Shown: positions 1-12,005, counted from the whole stretch's first letter. The stretch: 63,257 nt of DNA, filler included, from Octopus bimaculoides (GCF_001194135.2; 8 parts of 8 records of this genome joined end to end with filler, not necessarily neighbours in it); one strand, 5' to 3'. Program-made: numbers and translations. Notes: generated by a model from the letters alone, not told the origin.

Positions 1-174
1 CACTATTCAATTTTTTTTCTCCGTGTTTTTCTCCTTGTCTCCGTATTCTTTCTGTTGAAGAGCGTAGCTCGAAACGTCAAAGACTTTCCGTATTCCCGAG
101 CGTCATACTAATATATACTTTTGTTATTTACACCACCTGTCCTCGTCTGTTGTTATTTTTTGTATATTCTCCCA
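1..174 (+). mobile_element. Penelope-like terminal repeat (pseudo-LTR) remnant ending in (TA)n
   Basis: Contains a minimal hammerhead-like motif (47-83) of the kind found in Penelope pLTRs and abuts (TA)n at 175-199. No ORF. The family assignment is inference. Confidence 0.45.
47..83 (+). ncRNA. Minimal type I hammerhead ribozyme-like motif (A6U variant)
   Basis: Stem I TCTTT(47-51)/AAAGA(79-83); core CTGTTGA (52-58); stem II GAGC-gta-GCTC (60-70); GAAA (71-74); palindromic stem III ACGT; GUC site ending at C78. Confidence 0.55.
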
Positions 175-941
175 TATATATATATATATATATATATATC
201 TTTAAATCTTTAAATTGTCTCAGATTCAAAGCTGTGGTCATGGTGGGGCACCACAGTTATATGCATATTATGTGTATGTGTGCTTCTCCGTGTATGTGTG
301 TGTGAATGTGTGTGTGATTGAGTGTGTGTCATTGAGTATATGTGTGTACGTGTGTGCGAGTGAGTGTGTCTGTGGATGTGCTCGCCCGTGCGCATGCGTA
401 TGTATTTCTATGAATGTGAATTATTGGGTGGCATTAATGGTATGATCTCACTTTTTCTCAAACTCTGCAGTCTTCCATTTTTTGTCACACCCTCTTTCTC
501 CTCTCCCCTTCCTCATTTATGTTTTCCTCTCTCTTTAAGTGTCATAGGGAATACCGTGGCAAAAAGAAAAACGGGGGTGGAAAATTTTTGACGTACACTT
601 TCATAATATTTTGCCAGATATTTCCAGAATACGTACCCAATTTAATATGGTCTCTTGCTTCTCGCCCTTAGTCAAAAGTGGGGTAACAATGAAACATTTC
701 GAGTAGCGAATCACTTACAGTTGGCTTTCAATAAAATATATTTTAAATGCCATACAATAAGGAAAAGTTTATTGCAATTCCCTCAATATGTGTGTGTTTA
801 TGTGTGTTTATGTGTATTTGTGTGATTATATTTGACGGTAATTAGAAATTGTCGATAATGAGATATCAGTAATCTCTGATTGATATTTCCCGTGGAAATC
901 AATGAGCCATTGTTGACGCAAGACTTCATGTTTATTCCCAG

Positions 942-974
942 ATATAATCCCGTTGAATCGACTCTTCGACTTAC
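942..974 (+). CDS. Candidate 33-nt internal exon (YNPVESTLRLT), unknown gene
   Basis: Acceptor ttcatgtttattcccag|, donor |gtaata. Phase 2-2 and phase-compatible with candidate exon 3008-3143. No homology evidence. Confidence 0.25.
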
Positions 975-1332
975 GTAATATATGTTATGTTAACGTGTAA
1001 AGGATTGCAATCCCAGATAACTCTTCTGCAATTCAAAATATGTGTTTAGAAGCACGAACCTAAATACAACCTGAATTTAATATAACATCTAGTGTTCCTA
1101 ATCAAACGCTCATACTGATAGTGGTTTTTTACGATGTTCAAAACAACTACAAACACATTATACATGGAACAGTCTGAATTATACATCGTTCAATAAATTC
1201 GCTTTGGAAGTGAAGATAGTTTCTAACTGTAACCGTAAACAAGGACATGCTCTTTGCGTTTCTGTGTTATTTACCTCTGTACATTTAAACAGATAGTCAG
1301 AAAAATATATTTTATTGAAGGTTATCTCAAAA

Positions 1333-1689
1333 TGGAGGCGCAATGGCCCAGTGATTAGGGCATCGGACTGGCGGTCGTAGGATCGCGGTTTCGATTCCCA
1401 AACCGGACGTTGTGAGTATTTAGTGAGCAAAAATACTTAAAAAGCTCCACGAGGCTCCGGCAGAAGGTGGTGGCAAACCCTGCTGTATTTTTTCACCACA
1501 GCTTTATCTCACTCTTTCTTCCTGTTTCTGTTGTACCTGTATTTCAAGGGGCCAATATTGTCACACTCTCTGTCACGATGAATCTCCCCGAGAACTACGT
1601 TAAGGGTACACGTGTCTATGGAGCCATACACACGTTAATTTCAGGAGCGATCAACTGGAACCCTCGCCGTCGTAACCGATATCAAAACA
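1333..1689 (+). mobile_element. tRNA-derived SINE, head/body A + tail X
   Basis: A box TGGCCCAGTG and B box GGTTTCGATTCC; colinear with the copy at 23417-23800. Confidence 0.9.
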
Positions 1690-2410
1690 CTTAGTTGTAT
1701 ATAATTTTGCAAACGAATATGATTAACTGTTGTCTTTTGATTATGTGTTGTCTTTTGATTTCTGGTCTTCTAGATTTTTTTTATTCAAGTCTTTTCTCGG
1801 GCTTGGGCCTGCACGCATGTACTGATTTTAGTATGTCAAAAGGACCCTTCCAAACATTGAGGTGTGTTCATACGACTAATATAGAATTATGTTGCGGTGA
1901 ATACTTTGTTGTATCTGCGTGGAAAAATTAGTCATGCTTATTCAATCAAGCCTCTACACGTTTGTAAACGCAATATCAGATTTCTTTGTAGGGCTCGTGC
2001 TTGTCGTGGTAAGATTTATAATTTTAGTTACAAGAGCTGTAATCTGTGTGTCGATTGGATAGCTAATCGCATACATATCTTCCAAACCTATACATATATA
2101 GAGAGTTTATGTTACTTTTAACAGATTTCATTTACTAATATGTAGCCATGATGGTGCACCAGCTTGAATGTATTTAATGAATTGTCTCAACACCAATAAT
2201 TATTTCAGTCGGTTTCTTATTTATAGATCTTTGTCCAACTTTTAAGTTACGAAACCCACAAGTTACAACAAAAAATAACGATGGACTTTAGGCATAATAA
2301 ACTGTAATATAAAATAACATTATATATATATATGTGTGTGTGTGTTTGTGTGTGAGTGTGTGTGTGTGTTTCTTCATATGTAGATGCTATATATTTATAC
2401 ACTGGCACAA

Positions 2411-2935
2411 ATATCATGGCCGTCCGCTCGTGACTGAGGAAGACCATTGTTGACCATCAGAAACATTGAGCGCTCTCGGACTAACTTATATTTTGCTCTT
2501 GCGGCTCCGTTAGTGGCTAATGAGCCCTGCTCTTGGCAAGTATACACGACTGCAAACATTGCAAACCAAGCTTTCCCCATTCACTACACCAGCAGTGCAT
2601 TTTCGAGCATCACGCCACTTAAGTTCTTTATGTAGAATAGGTGCTTTCTCAAAAGTATCGACCCCCTCCTTAAACTGCTTCTTCCATGTTTGGCGATGAC
2701 AGGCATTGCTCCTTTAGTCAGTCTCCTGCATATCTCAGGCCTTTAATGAGGACTTGACACAGGACCTGTCTTCAGGACCTGTGTGTCTGGAGTTTTTAAG
2801 GTCCAGCCAACATTCAGAATGTGTCTGAGATATCTCTGATGAACTCGTTCAAGGACCCTTACATGACGTTTATAAAGGATCTATGTCTCGTATGAGTAAA
2901 GGAGCGATGTCAGTACACATGCACGGCACACATCA
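2411..2935 (-). mobile_element. RTE-clade LINE 3' fragment, decayed and internally deleted
   Basis: Minus-strand translation gives VCRACVLTSLLYSYET*ILYKRHVRVLERVHQRYLRHILNVGW and RQTWKKQFKEGVDTFEK...CNVCSRVYLPRAGLISH, the RTE post-RT region and C-terminal CxxC...H tail, followed by an RTE-type 3' UTR. Confidence 0.8.
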
Positions 2936-3007
2936 TATATATATACATGAATACCTCCCACATACACATACTCGCATACATATGTATGCTGTTAATTGAT
3001 ATAACAG

Positions 3008-3143
3008 TTATGTGACTCTGAATCGTAACTATTATGACTTTGTTCATGATGGTGAAATGGAGAAGAACAATGAGTACGTGGAAAATGATGTTGATGTGTT
3101 AATCTCTTTGGAACCAGAATATATTGCAGTTCCTCTTGTATGA
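3008..3143 (+). CDS. Candidate terminal coding exon, acidic and Tyr-rich (YVTLNRNYYDFVHDGEMEKNNEYVENDVDVLISLEPEYIAVPLV*)
   Basis: Acceptor ttaattgatataacag|; 44 open codons in AT-rich non-repetitive DNA; TGA at 3141-3143. No homology evidence. Confidence 0.35.
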
Positions 3144-3289
3144 TATGAAACTGTGTCCAAAGTTCATAAATCCACATGAAGTTTTACGCTAGTTAAAATT
3201 AGCAATAGTTATATTATTGAATTTTTAGCGTAGATATAAGGTCATATACATTTAGAAACATTTTAATAGAGATCAATACTTAACTGAAA

Positions 3290-3425
3290 ATTATTTTATC
3301 GATCCTGGAAGGAAGGAGATCAAAGTTGAAGCTGATGGGATTTGAATTCAAAACGTTAGGAAGCATGACTACACATGGCAAGACTTTTTGTACGGAGTTC
3401 TACCTATTCTAAGATCCATCGCTTT
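3290..3425 (-). mobile_element. Old decayed SINE family C copy
   Basis: Reverse complement reads gaattcaaatcccatcagcttcaactttgatctccttccttccaggatcgataaaataa, matching the family C B box and body. Confidence 0.5.
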
Positions 3426-3704
3426 TAAACAATACTAATATTGCAATCTAACGGAAGTTATCCATTGGTCAATTAGTCCGCTGAAAATAGTAAAACACCA
3501 ACCTCAAATTAGAGCTCAACATTCGAGCAAAAAATAGATAAAGTGGTTCTAAATTTCCTACACAAGGAAGAAACATTGGATTGCTTTGACTAGAATTCCT
3601 TGGTCATAAGTGTACTACATGTGAGCTGGACTGGGGTTACCTATGAACAGCAACAGCAATAAAAATAGCTATTATATTTGTTGCGCTTCACCGATAATAT
3701 ACAG

Positions 3705-3844
3705 TTAATGAGATTGTAGTTGTGCCAACTGCACTATCGAGATCTGAAAGAACGTTTTCTGTTGTCCCTACAAGAAATGGCGAAGAAGTATCTTTCAGAA
3801 CACACTCTGCCGTCTTTATAAACTTGGATAATAAATTATGAGAA
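3705..3844 (+). other. Candidate exon with an in-frame TGA just before the donor
   Basis: atatacag| ... GAA|gtaagt. One frame is open for 44 codons (NEIVVVPTALSRSERTFSVV...LDNKL), then TGA at 3839-3841, then GAA. Confidence 0.25.
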
Positions 3845-4279
3845 GTAAGTAGATATTAAAAAAGATGGAATTTTTTTAGTAAAAAGGTATTTTATCATAA
3901 ATCTTCTCGATCAGATTTCAGAGCGTAAAGAAGAGCATAAAAATGTGCATAAACTTTTGAGACAATAACTATAAAGGCCAAATATAACGGAAATATTAGC
4001 AATGGTCTCCTTGAAGCACAAAGCCACAATTTCTGCGTTGGAATAACCAGTGAGAAAAAATTAAGAGCGTACTTGGATTGGTGGAACGGGTACTACATCT
4101 GTTCATTTCTGTACCGGACTTACTATAATAAAAGCAGCAGAGTTGAACTAGGATTCCACAAAAGATATCTCACAATAGATATAAGAAAACAAACATACAT
4201 ACACTCAGAATACAGGAATATTAATTTTTAACGTAGGCACATGTGTCACCTCTGAGTAATGCGTCAAGTTGATTATATC

Positions 4280-4415
4280 TATCCAAGTACTTCACTGGCA
4301 CTTTGTTCTATCGACCTCAGAAAGGTCAATAAAACTGACCTTAGGGTGATTTGAACTCAAGACACGAGATAAATACCGCAAACCTCTTTCGATATGTTAA
4401 CGATCCTGCCAAATT
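4280..4415 (-). mobile_element. Old decayed SINE family C copy
   Basis: Motifs aagtac...tatcgacctcagaaagg...atttgaactc...ttaacgatcctgcca are shared with the family C copies at 29-30 kb. Confidence 0.55.
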
Positions 4416-4671
4416 ACAGTGTTAGAAATGTCAGCATTTCTGAAACATTTTAAGCTTGGGAATACAGCACAACTGGAATCTAACAACCGTCACAGATAAC
4501 AGCTTGAGATGGCTCGTTCTCCTATTAGTCCGTTGTAGTTACGCGGCCATTAGAGGTTATGGGCAAAGCTGTGTAGTATTGAGTGTTGTATACTACTCTG
4601 ATCTTCAGATAACATTGGTTAAAACAAAGCAGTCATAAAACATATCGAAAATTAAAAATTTAAGTGTGTGC

Positions 4672-4744
<73 letters not shown>

Positions 4745-6285
4745 TGTGTGTGAATGTGTGAGCGCGTGCGCGTGTGCATATACAATCGCATGTACACCCA
4801 CCTACCCACACACTATCCCGTTTTTAAAATTTGTCTTTCGTTTTGTTCCTTTACTCTGTTTTGCTGAAGACCTTGAAACAAAAGAAATGCTCTATCTTCA
4901 GATATTATACGACTTTATGTAAGAAGTATACGCGTATTTCTCATTAAATATGATTACTAAAAATTGATATTACCAAAATGAAAGAGTAAATATTTTAGCT
5001 AGTTAATATGTTTTTAAAAGTGCAACGAAAATTAGTTCAATAGAACGTGGTACAGCCGTGAACTAACGTAGATCTCTCGACTGAAACATTACAAAAATCC
5101 GAAGAACAATTAATTATATGACAACACAATGCATTGTCTCTACTAAGAAACAGATTTGTAACGCCTGACAGCTTTTGTGTGCTTGATAGAAGATACTGAA
5201 TTTTTAAAAAATGTTGAAGAAAACTTTTAAAAACAACAATGAAGTTATAAGTAGGAAACAAAAACATTTATTCTGTCTCATCTAATCGTTTATTTAGAAG
5301 CAGAATATATATATATTCAACATAAGAAACAAAAAGAATATTTTTTTAAATATAAAATTTAAGACAAATAATAATTGTTTCAGAGAATCTGTTTCTAAAA
5401 AGAAAATAAAAAGTTAGCACCAACATTGATTTCTATAGTAAAAATTGATTACGATATTTTATATTTGAAAGTTACCATAACAATGGTTTATTTTTATTGA
5501 ATACAATGGAAAATGTTGAAAATATAAATTTTGTTGTATTGCCTTGTATATGCAATAATATACGTAACTTGCTTACTTTTACTATTGTTAATCAATTATA
5601 TACACATACACGCACACATATACGTACACTTATATAATATATATATATGTATANNNNNNNNNNNNNNNNNNNNNNNNNNNNNNNNNNNNNNNNNNNNNNN
5701 NNNNNNNNNNNNNNNNNNNNNNNNNNNNNNNNNNNNNNNNNNNNNNNNNNNNNNNNNNNNNNNNNNNNNNNNNNNNNNNNNNNNNNNNNNNNNNNNNNNN
5801 NNNNNNNNNNNNNNNNNNNNNNNNNNNNNNNNNNNNNNNNNNNNNNNNNNNNNNNNNNNNNNNNNNNNNNNNNNNNNNNNNNNNNNNNNNNNNNNNNNNN
5901 NNNNNNNNNNNNNNNNNNNNNNNNNNNNNNNNNNNNNNNNNNNNNNNNNNNNNNNNNNNNNNNNNNNNNNNNNNNNNNNNNNNNNNNNNNNNNNNNNNNN
6001 NNNNNNNNNNNNNNNNNNNNNNNNNNNNNNNNNNNNNNNNNNNNNNNNNNNNNNNNNNNNNNNNNNNNNNNNNNNNNNNNNNNNNNNNNNNNNAAAAAAA
6101 AAAAAAAAAAATAAATAAATAACATGCGTTTATTTTCGTTCAAAACGTACACCGAATAAACTAAATACTGCAATCCATTTTATCTCTAGTTCTCTCGATA
6201 CAACTCACCACCGCCCTTAATTAGTGATTTTTTGCAAAAGCTTGGATACACACTATCGGTGGAGGAGGATAATACCTTATTAAAT

Positions 6286-6293
6286 TGACGTCA
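6286..6293. promoter_or_regulatory. Perfect CRE palindrome TGACGTCA
   Basis: Exact motif match only; function untested. Confidence 0.2.
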
Positions 6294-6495
6294 GTGCTTG
6301 TCTGTAACTTATTTACTCCAGAGAAATATAACAGAAAGTTCACCATGGTAGGGTTTGAACTAGTGTTGTAAAGTAACGCAACTGGTTAATGCAATTTTTT
6401 TTTTCGCTCTTTGCCGCAACAATAAAAAATCATAAAAGATTATGCCCTTCGTCATGGCTAGCATACTATTTGCATGATGTTGGTTCCGGTGACAC

Positions 6496-6795
6496 TGGCA
6501 CCCCGTCGGTTATGACGACAAGGGTTCCAGTTGATTCCGTCAACAAAACAGCCCTTCGAATGAAATTATCATACAACTGATGAAGAACTGCACAAGAACG
6601 CATATCCTTAACATAGTTCTCAAGGAGACTAGAGTGACACAGAATGTAACAAGGTTGACCCTTTGATTTACAAGTTCAACTGATTTTCGCCAGCTGAGTT
6701 GACTAGAACAATGTGAAATAAAGTGTCTGGTTGGAGGACTTAACCCACCGCCGGGTTTGGAGCCGAATTCCCTAACCACTTAGTCACACGCCTTC
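6496..6795 (-). mobile_element. tRNA-derived SINE, head B (CORE-like body) + tail X, decayed
   Basis: Reverse complement begins gaaggcgtgtgactaagtggttaggg, has ctagtcaactcagctggcgaaaatc, and ends in tail X (gagaactatgttaaggat...ggaacccttgtcgtcataaccgacggggtgcca). Confidence 0.75.
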
Positions 6796-7344
6796 CGGTG
6801 ACATAAAATGCAGAGTCCAACCAACCATAGGGATATTCAAAACATAGAACCTTGAGTTATGAATTATGCATTGTATAGTAGATTAAGTCGACAACCTGTT
6901 TTTATTTTCAGCCCATATTCTGTTTATTTGGACTGGACACACAAGTACAAAGCTTTCCGTCTGCGGAAATTTAGTTCATCAAAAATGTTAACAAGATCAA
7001 ATAAATTAGTTGTTGTTTTTGATTTGTTTACCATATGATCAAAATTATTCAACCACGGATCTTTCTAATTTTTTTAATTATCTAATTATCCCTGCGTTGA
7101 TATAACAACATTTTTTCCCCAACGTGTCCATGGTTTTCTAAGACGGTAGGTTGTGATTTCAGGAAGATTTGGTTGCTATTTCTAGGTCGAACGACCATGT
7201 AAATATTCATTCACTGTCTTAAATATTAGATATGATTGAATATTCTTTGTATTCAAGCACAAATTAAGGATATCTTTCAAAGTGTTCTAAACAACCATAA
7301 TAATATTTATAAATAACTTGTATTTGAAATGATACTTTTTACAG

Positions 7345-7444
7345 GAAGAGAGTACAGATTTTATGAGAGGACACGTATTGTTCATTGAACGAAAACCAGT
7401 TGATCGATTAGTTTGCAATATTTACTTTTTCGCTCCCTTACAAT
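7345..7444 (+). CDS. Candidate exon (EESTDFMRGHVLFIERKPVDRLVCNIYFFAPLQ), unknown protein
   Basis: Acceptor tttttacag| and consensus donor |gtaagt. Only the phase-0 frame is open; ends phase 1. Confidence 0.45.
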
Positions 7445-7803
7445 GTAAGTTCGAATTTAACTGAGATCGATAGTTATCTGTTATACGTCCTGGGTCGGCA
7501 ACACGTACAGCAGTTTTAGAATAATGATTAAATCTATTACAAAACACGAAGTTGCAAATAATGTATTCGTTATAGGTACTCACACACACATGTATGCGTA
7601 TTGTTCTTAGTTGTGTTTACTTCTGTCTCTGCCTGTCTATCATTCACTCTCTTACCTTCTCATTCTGTCTCACGTACGAGCTTTTTTTTCATTGCACACC
7701 ACAGCTTATGCACCATATCCCAACCTCTCTCTTTCTCACTTTCGATACACACATACACACACCGGTACACACACGTTTCACATCTTACCTGTTATGTATT
7801 CAG

Positions 7804-7864
7804 ATGCTGCGTTCCATTCTTTCGTCCAGTCCTTTGCACAGATTTTACAAGAGGTAGTCAACCG
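7804..7864 (+). CDS. Candidate exon ((Y)AAFHSFVQSFAQILQEVVNR), unknown protein
   Basis: Acceptor cttacctgttatgtattcag|, donor |gtaaat. Phase-1 start joins 7345-7444 in frame across a 359-nt intron. Confidence 0.4.
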
Positions 7865-8175
7865 GTAAATTTTGTCCTCGTCTCGCTGATGAATTTAAAA
7901 ATTACCTTCCGTTCACCCATTACGGAGAAGCGAGATATTTGATGATACTGAAAGAACTGATGGTGGTTGTGGTGGTGGTGATGGTGGTGTTCATGGTGGT
8001 GGCGCGGTGACTGACGCCTGTTGTTTAAGTGGCTCTAATAATGATGATGTTTATAAGGATGAGAACGAGAAGAAGAGGTGAAAGTGATTATGCAGATGTT
8101 AACTGCAATAATTGATTATGTTACCAACTATATAAGAACATATATAGACGATACATGCATAGGTATATATCTATA

Positions 8176-8215
<40 letters not shown>

Positions 8216-9491
8216 NNNNNNNNNNNNNNNNNNNNNNNNNNNNNNNNNNNNNNNNNNNNNNNNNNNNNNNNNNNNNNNNNNNNNNNNNNNNNNNNNNNNN
8301 NNNNNNNNNNNNNNNNNNNNNNNNNNNNNNNNNNNNNNNNNNNNNNNNNNNNNNNNNNNNNNNNNNNNNNNNNNNNNNNNNNNNNNNNNNNNNNNNNNNN
8401 NNNNNNNNNNNNNNNNNNNNNNNNNNNNNNNNNNNNNNNNNNNNNNNNNNNNNNNNNNNNNNNNNNNNNNNNNNNNNNNNNNNNNNNNNNNNNNNNNNNN
8501 NNNNNNNNNNNNNNNNNNNNNNNNNNNNNNNNNNNNNNNNNNNNNNNNNNNNNNNNNNNNNNNNNNNNNNNNNNNNNNNNNNNNNNNNNNNNNNNNNNNN
8601 NNNNNNNNNNNNNNNNNNNNNNNNNNNNNNNNNNNNNNNNNNNNNNNNNNNNNNNNNNNNNNNNNNNNNNNNNNNNNNNNNNNNNNNNNNNNNNNNNNNN
8701 NNNNNNNNNNNNNNNNNNNNNNNNNNNNNNNNNNNNNNNNNNNNNNNNNNNNNNNNNNNNNNNNNNNNNNTTTGTGTTTGTACGTACTAACCTATGTATG
8801 TGTATATGTGTGAATATGAAATTGTGTGTATATATTGTCTTCCAAACAGTAAAACACCTCCGAGTGTTAAGACAAAACTAAGAATAAAATAAAACTTTTT
8901 TCATCTTCTTCTTCTCCTCCTTCTTCTTAACAAAGATATAAAAAATGGAAATGAATGAAAGAACAAGGAAGCAATAACGGAAGAGAAATCAGAAATTAAT
9001 AAAAGGCAAAAAAAAAAAAAATAATAAAGAACAAAAATTATTGGGAGTAAGAAAGAAATTGAGGAAGAAGCGAGTACGTGAGAGAAGGAGAAGCGAGGAA
9101 AAGGCAGAGAGATACGGAGAGAAAAACAAAAAAAAAAGGAAGAGGGAAAGATTGAAGAATAAGAACCGAGGTGGAAGTTGCACTGGAGTCTACTATGAAC
9201 AGCGTGTTTGGCTCATGGTCGGCTGTCTTTCGCGTCGTCAGTCAGTCTGACTGTCTGTCGATTGGTCGGTCTGAGAGAGTATTGTAGTGTGTGCGTGTTT
9301 GTGGTGGTGGTAGTGGGGGGGGGTGAACATAGTGGAAGCTGTATGTATGTGGGTGTGTATGTGCGTTTGTATGTGTACGCGAACACGTATGTTAGTGTGA
9401 CGGTGTTTTGATGATAGTGGCGATGATGACGATAATAGCAACGGTATGTATAATTTCTACATATGTATGCATAGGTAAAAAGGTAATACAT

Positions 9492-9554
<63 letters not shown>

Positions 9555-9911
9555 CAACCCCCACGGACAGGCAAACACACACACACACATATATATGTGC
9601 GCATGCGTGCGAGTGAGTGTGAGCGTGCGCTTATTTATATTTATATGTACAAACACTCGCGCGCGCAGATATATATATGTGCGCGTGTATAGTTTGTGTC
9701 TGTGTGTTTGTATGTTTACAGAAATATATGTAAGAAATAGGAATACAAGAAAATGAAGAAAACGAAGAGGAAGAAGGAAAAGAAGAAGGATGAGGTAGAT
9801 GAGGAAGGAAAAGAAAAAGAGGAGGAAAGAAAAATTGATGATAAAGAAGTAAAAAAGAACAAAAAAGAACTATATTTGTGAGAGGAAGCTTCTATGTTTC
9901 TCTATGTGTGG

Positions 9912-9951
<40 letters not shown>

Positions 9952-10051
9952 GTGTGTGTGTGTATTTCCAAGATCTGCTTGCCTGTCTGGCTGTCTTCTC
10001 TCACTGACAAAACTGCGTTGCCTGTTTTTCTTTTTGTTTTTAATATCTTAC

Positions 10052-10096
10052 AATGGAGATATTCAGTGTTAACGTCGCCAGGCAAGCAAAAGTAAT
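10052..10096 (-). CDS. Candidate 45-nt symmetric micro-exon (DYFCLPGDVNTEYLH or ITFACLATLTLNISI)
   Basis: Minus-strand acceptor gtttccctgcaacag| and donor |gtaaga; two frames open. Confidence 0.2.
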
Positions 10097-11307
10097 CTGT
10101 TGCAGGGAAACAACAACAGCAACAACAACAACAACAGGTGAAGTAAAGGAGCCAAACAGAATAACAAAAATATACAAAGAAGTAAGATAAACTTAAACCA
10201 TGAAGGTAAAACACACACACACATGTATGTATATATATGTATATTATGTATGTATATATATATATATGTTATATATATATATATATATAATATGTATATT
10301 ATGTATGTATATACATATACATATACATATATATATATGCGTATATATATATACATATATATATATACACATATATGCGTATAAATATACACGCATACAT
10401 TTATGTGTGTGTGTGTTTGATTGTTGTGTGTGTGCAACAGACTGCAAAATAACGGAAAATAGTGAGTGAAACCTCAACGCTTTTGGAACGGAGAAGCGTG
10501 CTTCTTATACTCTCCCTTCAGACAGACACAAACAATTTATGTTTGAGCAGGTACACGTGTGCGTGCGTGCGTGCATGCGTGCGTGCATGCGTGCGTGCGT
10601 GCGTGCGCGTCCGCTCGTCCGTGCAGACACACGAATATACGGTCACGAATTTTAGAAGTTCAATTCGAAACTATGTAGTTTACCTTCCTGAATGAAATTT
10701 GGCAGTTAGAATCTGTGAGAAAATCCGTTTTCCGTATGCGTGCACGTGAGTGCGTGTGTGTGCGTGCGTGCATGAGTATGTGTGTGTTTGGGTAGGGTCT
10801 AAGGTTGTCTTTTGTCAGTGCATATGCTTCTGCTCTTCCTTTATGTCATGTAAGCTAGCAGTTCGACAAAGAGATTCAATATAATAGCTTGGGCTGTGGC
10901 TATGATCATATAACCTTTTAATGGGAAGGGAAAAATTCCTTATGGGTGTATTGTTCATGGTAAATATATACAGTGCATATTCACAGACATATAATGCAGT
11001 ATGTTTAAAAACTTCTTTTAAAGATGATACATGCCATTAAAATGTAGATAAAATTTCTCGGTGTATTTTTGTACCTACATCAAGGGAGATAATTCCAATA
11101 GCATAATCTAAGTTTACAGACCATGAAAACAAAGTAGTGGAACATGTAACATCTTTCATGTGATGACCACCAGACAGGCATAGATTTTAAGGAGATTTTC
11201 ACGCCGAAAATTTGATACTGCCTCCTTCATCAGAGAGTATATTATTCAGGGTTCACATTTCGTGCAACGTTGTTATATAGGTCTAGATCATCATTTATGA
11301 AAATTAT

Positions 11308-11506
11308 TCTTTTACTCTTTTACACATTTCAGTCATTTGACTGCTGCCATGCTGGAGCACCGCCTTTAGTCGGAGGAATCGACCTCAGGACTTATCCTTT
11401 GTAAGCCTAGTACTTATGCTATCGGTCTCTTCTGCCGAACCGGTAGTTTTCAGGGACATAAACACACAAACATCGGTTGTCAAGCGATGGATGGGGGAAA
11501 AACGCA

Positions 11507-11552
<46 letters not shown>

Positions 11553-11745
11553 NNNNNNNNNNNNNNNNNNNNNNNNNNNNNNNNNNNNNNNNNNNNNTAT
11601 ATATACACGACGGGATTCTTTCAATTTCCATCCACCGAATCCAATCATAAGTGTTTGATTGGCCCGAATATATATATAGTAGAAGACACTTGCCCAAAGT
11701 GGGACTGAACCCGGAAATATGTGAGTGGGAAGCAAGCTTCTTAAG
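11308..11745 (-). mobile_element. SINE family D with an internal (TA)n tract and gap
   Basis: Tail tcttttactctttt...gactgctgccatgctggagcaccgcc at 11308; head agaagacacttgcccaaagtgggactgaacccgg at about 11680-11745; homologous to 38961-39246. Confidence 0.8.
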
Positions 11746-11934
11746 GTTAAGGAAGTTGCTAAGATTGTTAGTTTCACAAGCTGTGCTTGTCATAATCTGT
11801 TTTCATTTGAGATCTTTCAGAAAGGGTATGTTTATGCAGATGGAATGTAATTTTTGGCACGCATCATTGATCGTTTTATTTTTGCGAATTTTGAGAAATC
11901 CGTACAAGAAATTGGTTTTGAATATAAAAATTTG

Positions 11935-12005
11935 TTACTCTTTTACTCTTTTACTTGTTTCAGTCTTTTAACTGCGGCCATGCTGGAGCACCTTTCTTTA
12001 TTAGC
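11935..12005 (-). mobile_element. SINE family D 3' tail fragment
   Basis: ttttactcttttacttgtttcagtcttttaactgcggccatgctggagcacc. Confidence 0.75.

Noticed and set aside
1333-1410. tRNA genes at SINE heads
   Set aside because: A and B boxes are present but there is no full cloverleaf, and each continues into a SINE body.
2424-2482. Hammerhead-like CTGAGGA...GAAAC with flanking complementarity (cgctc/gagcg)
   Set aside because: Stem II does not form, there is a 4-nt offset before the core, and the sequence is the antisense of the RTE 3' UTR.
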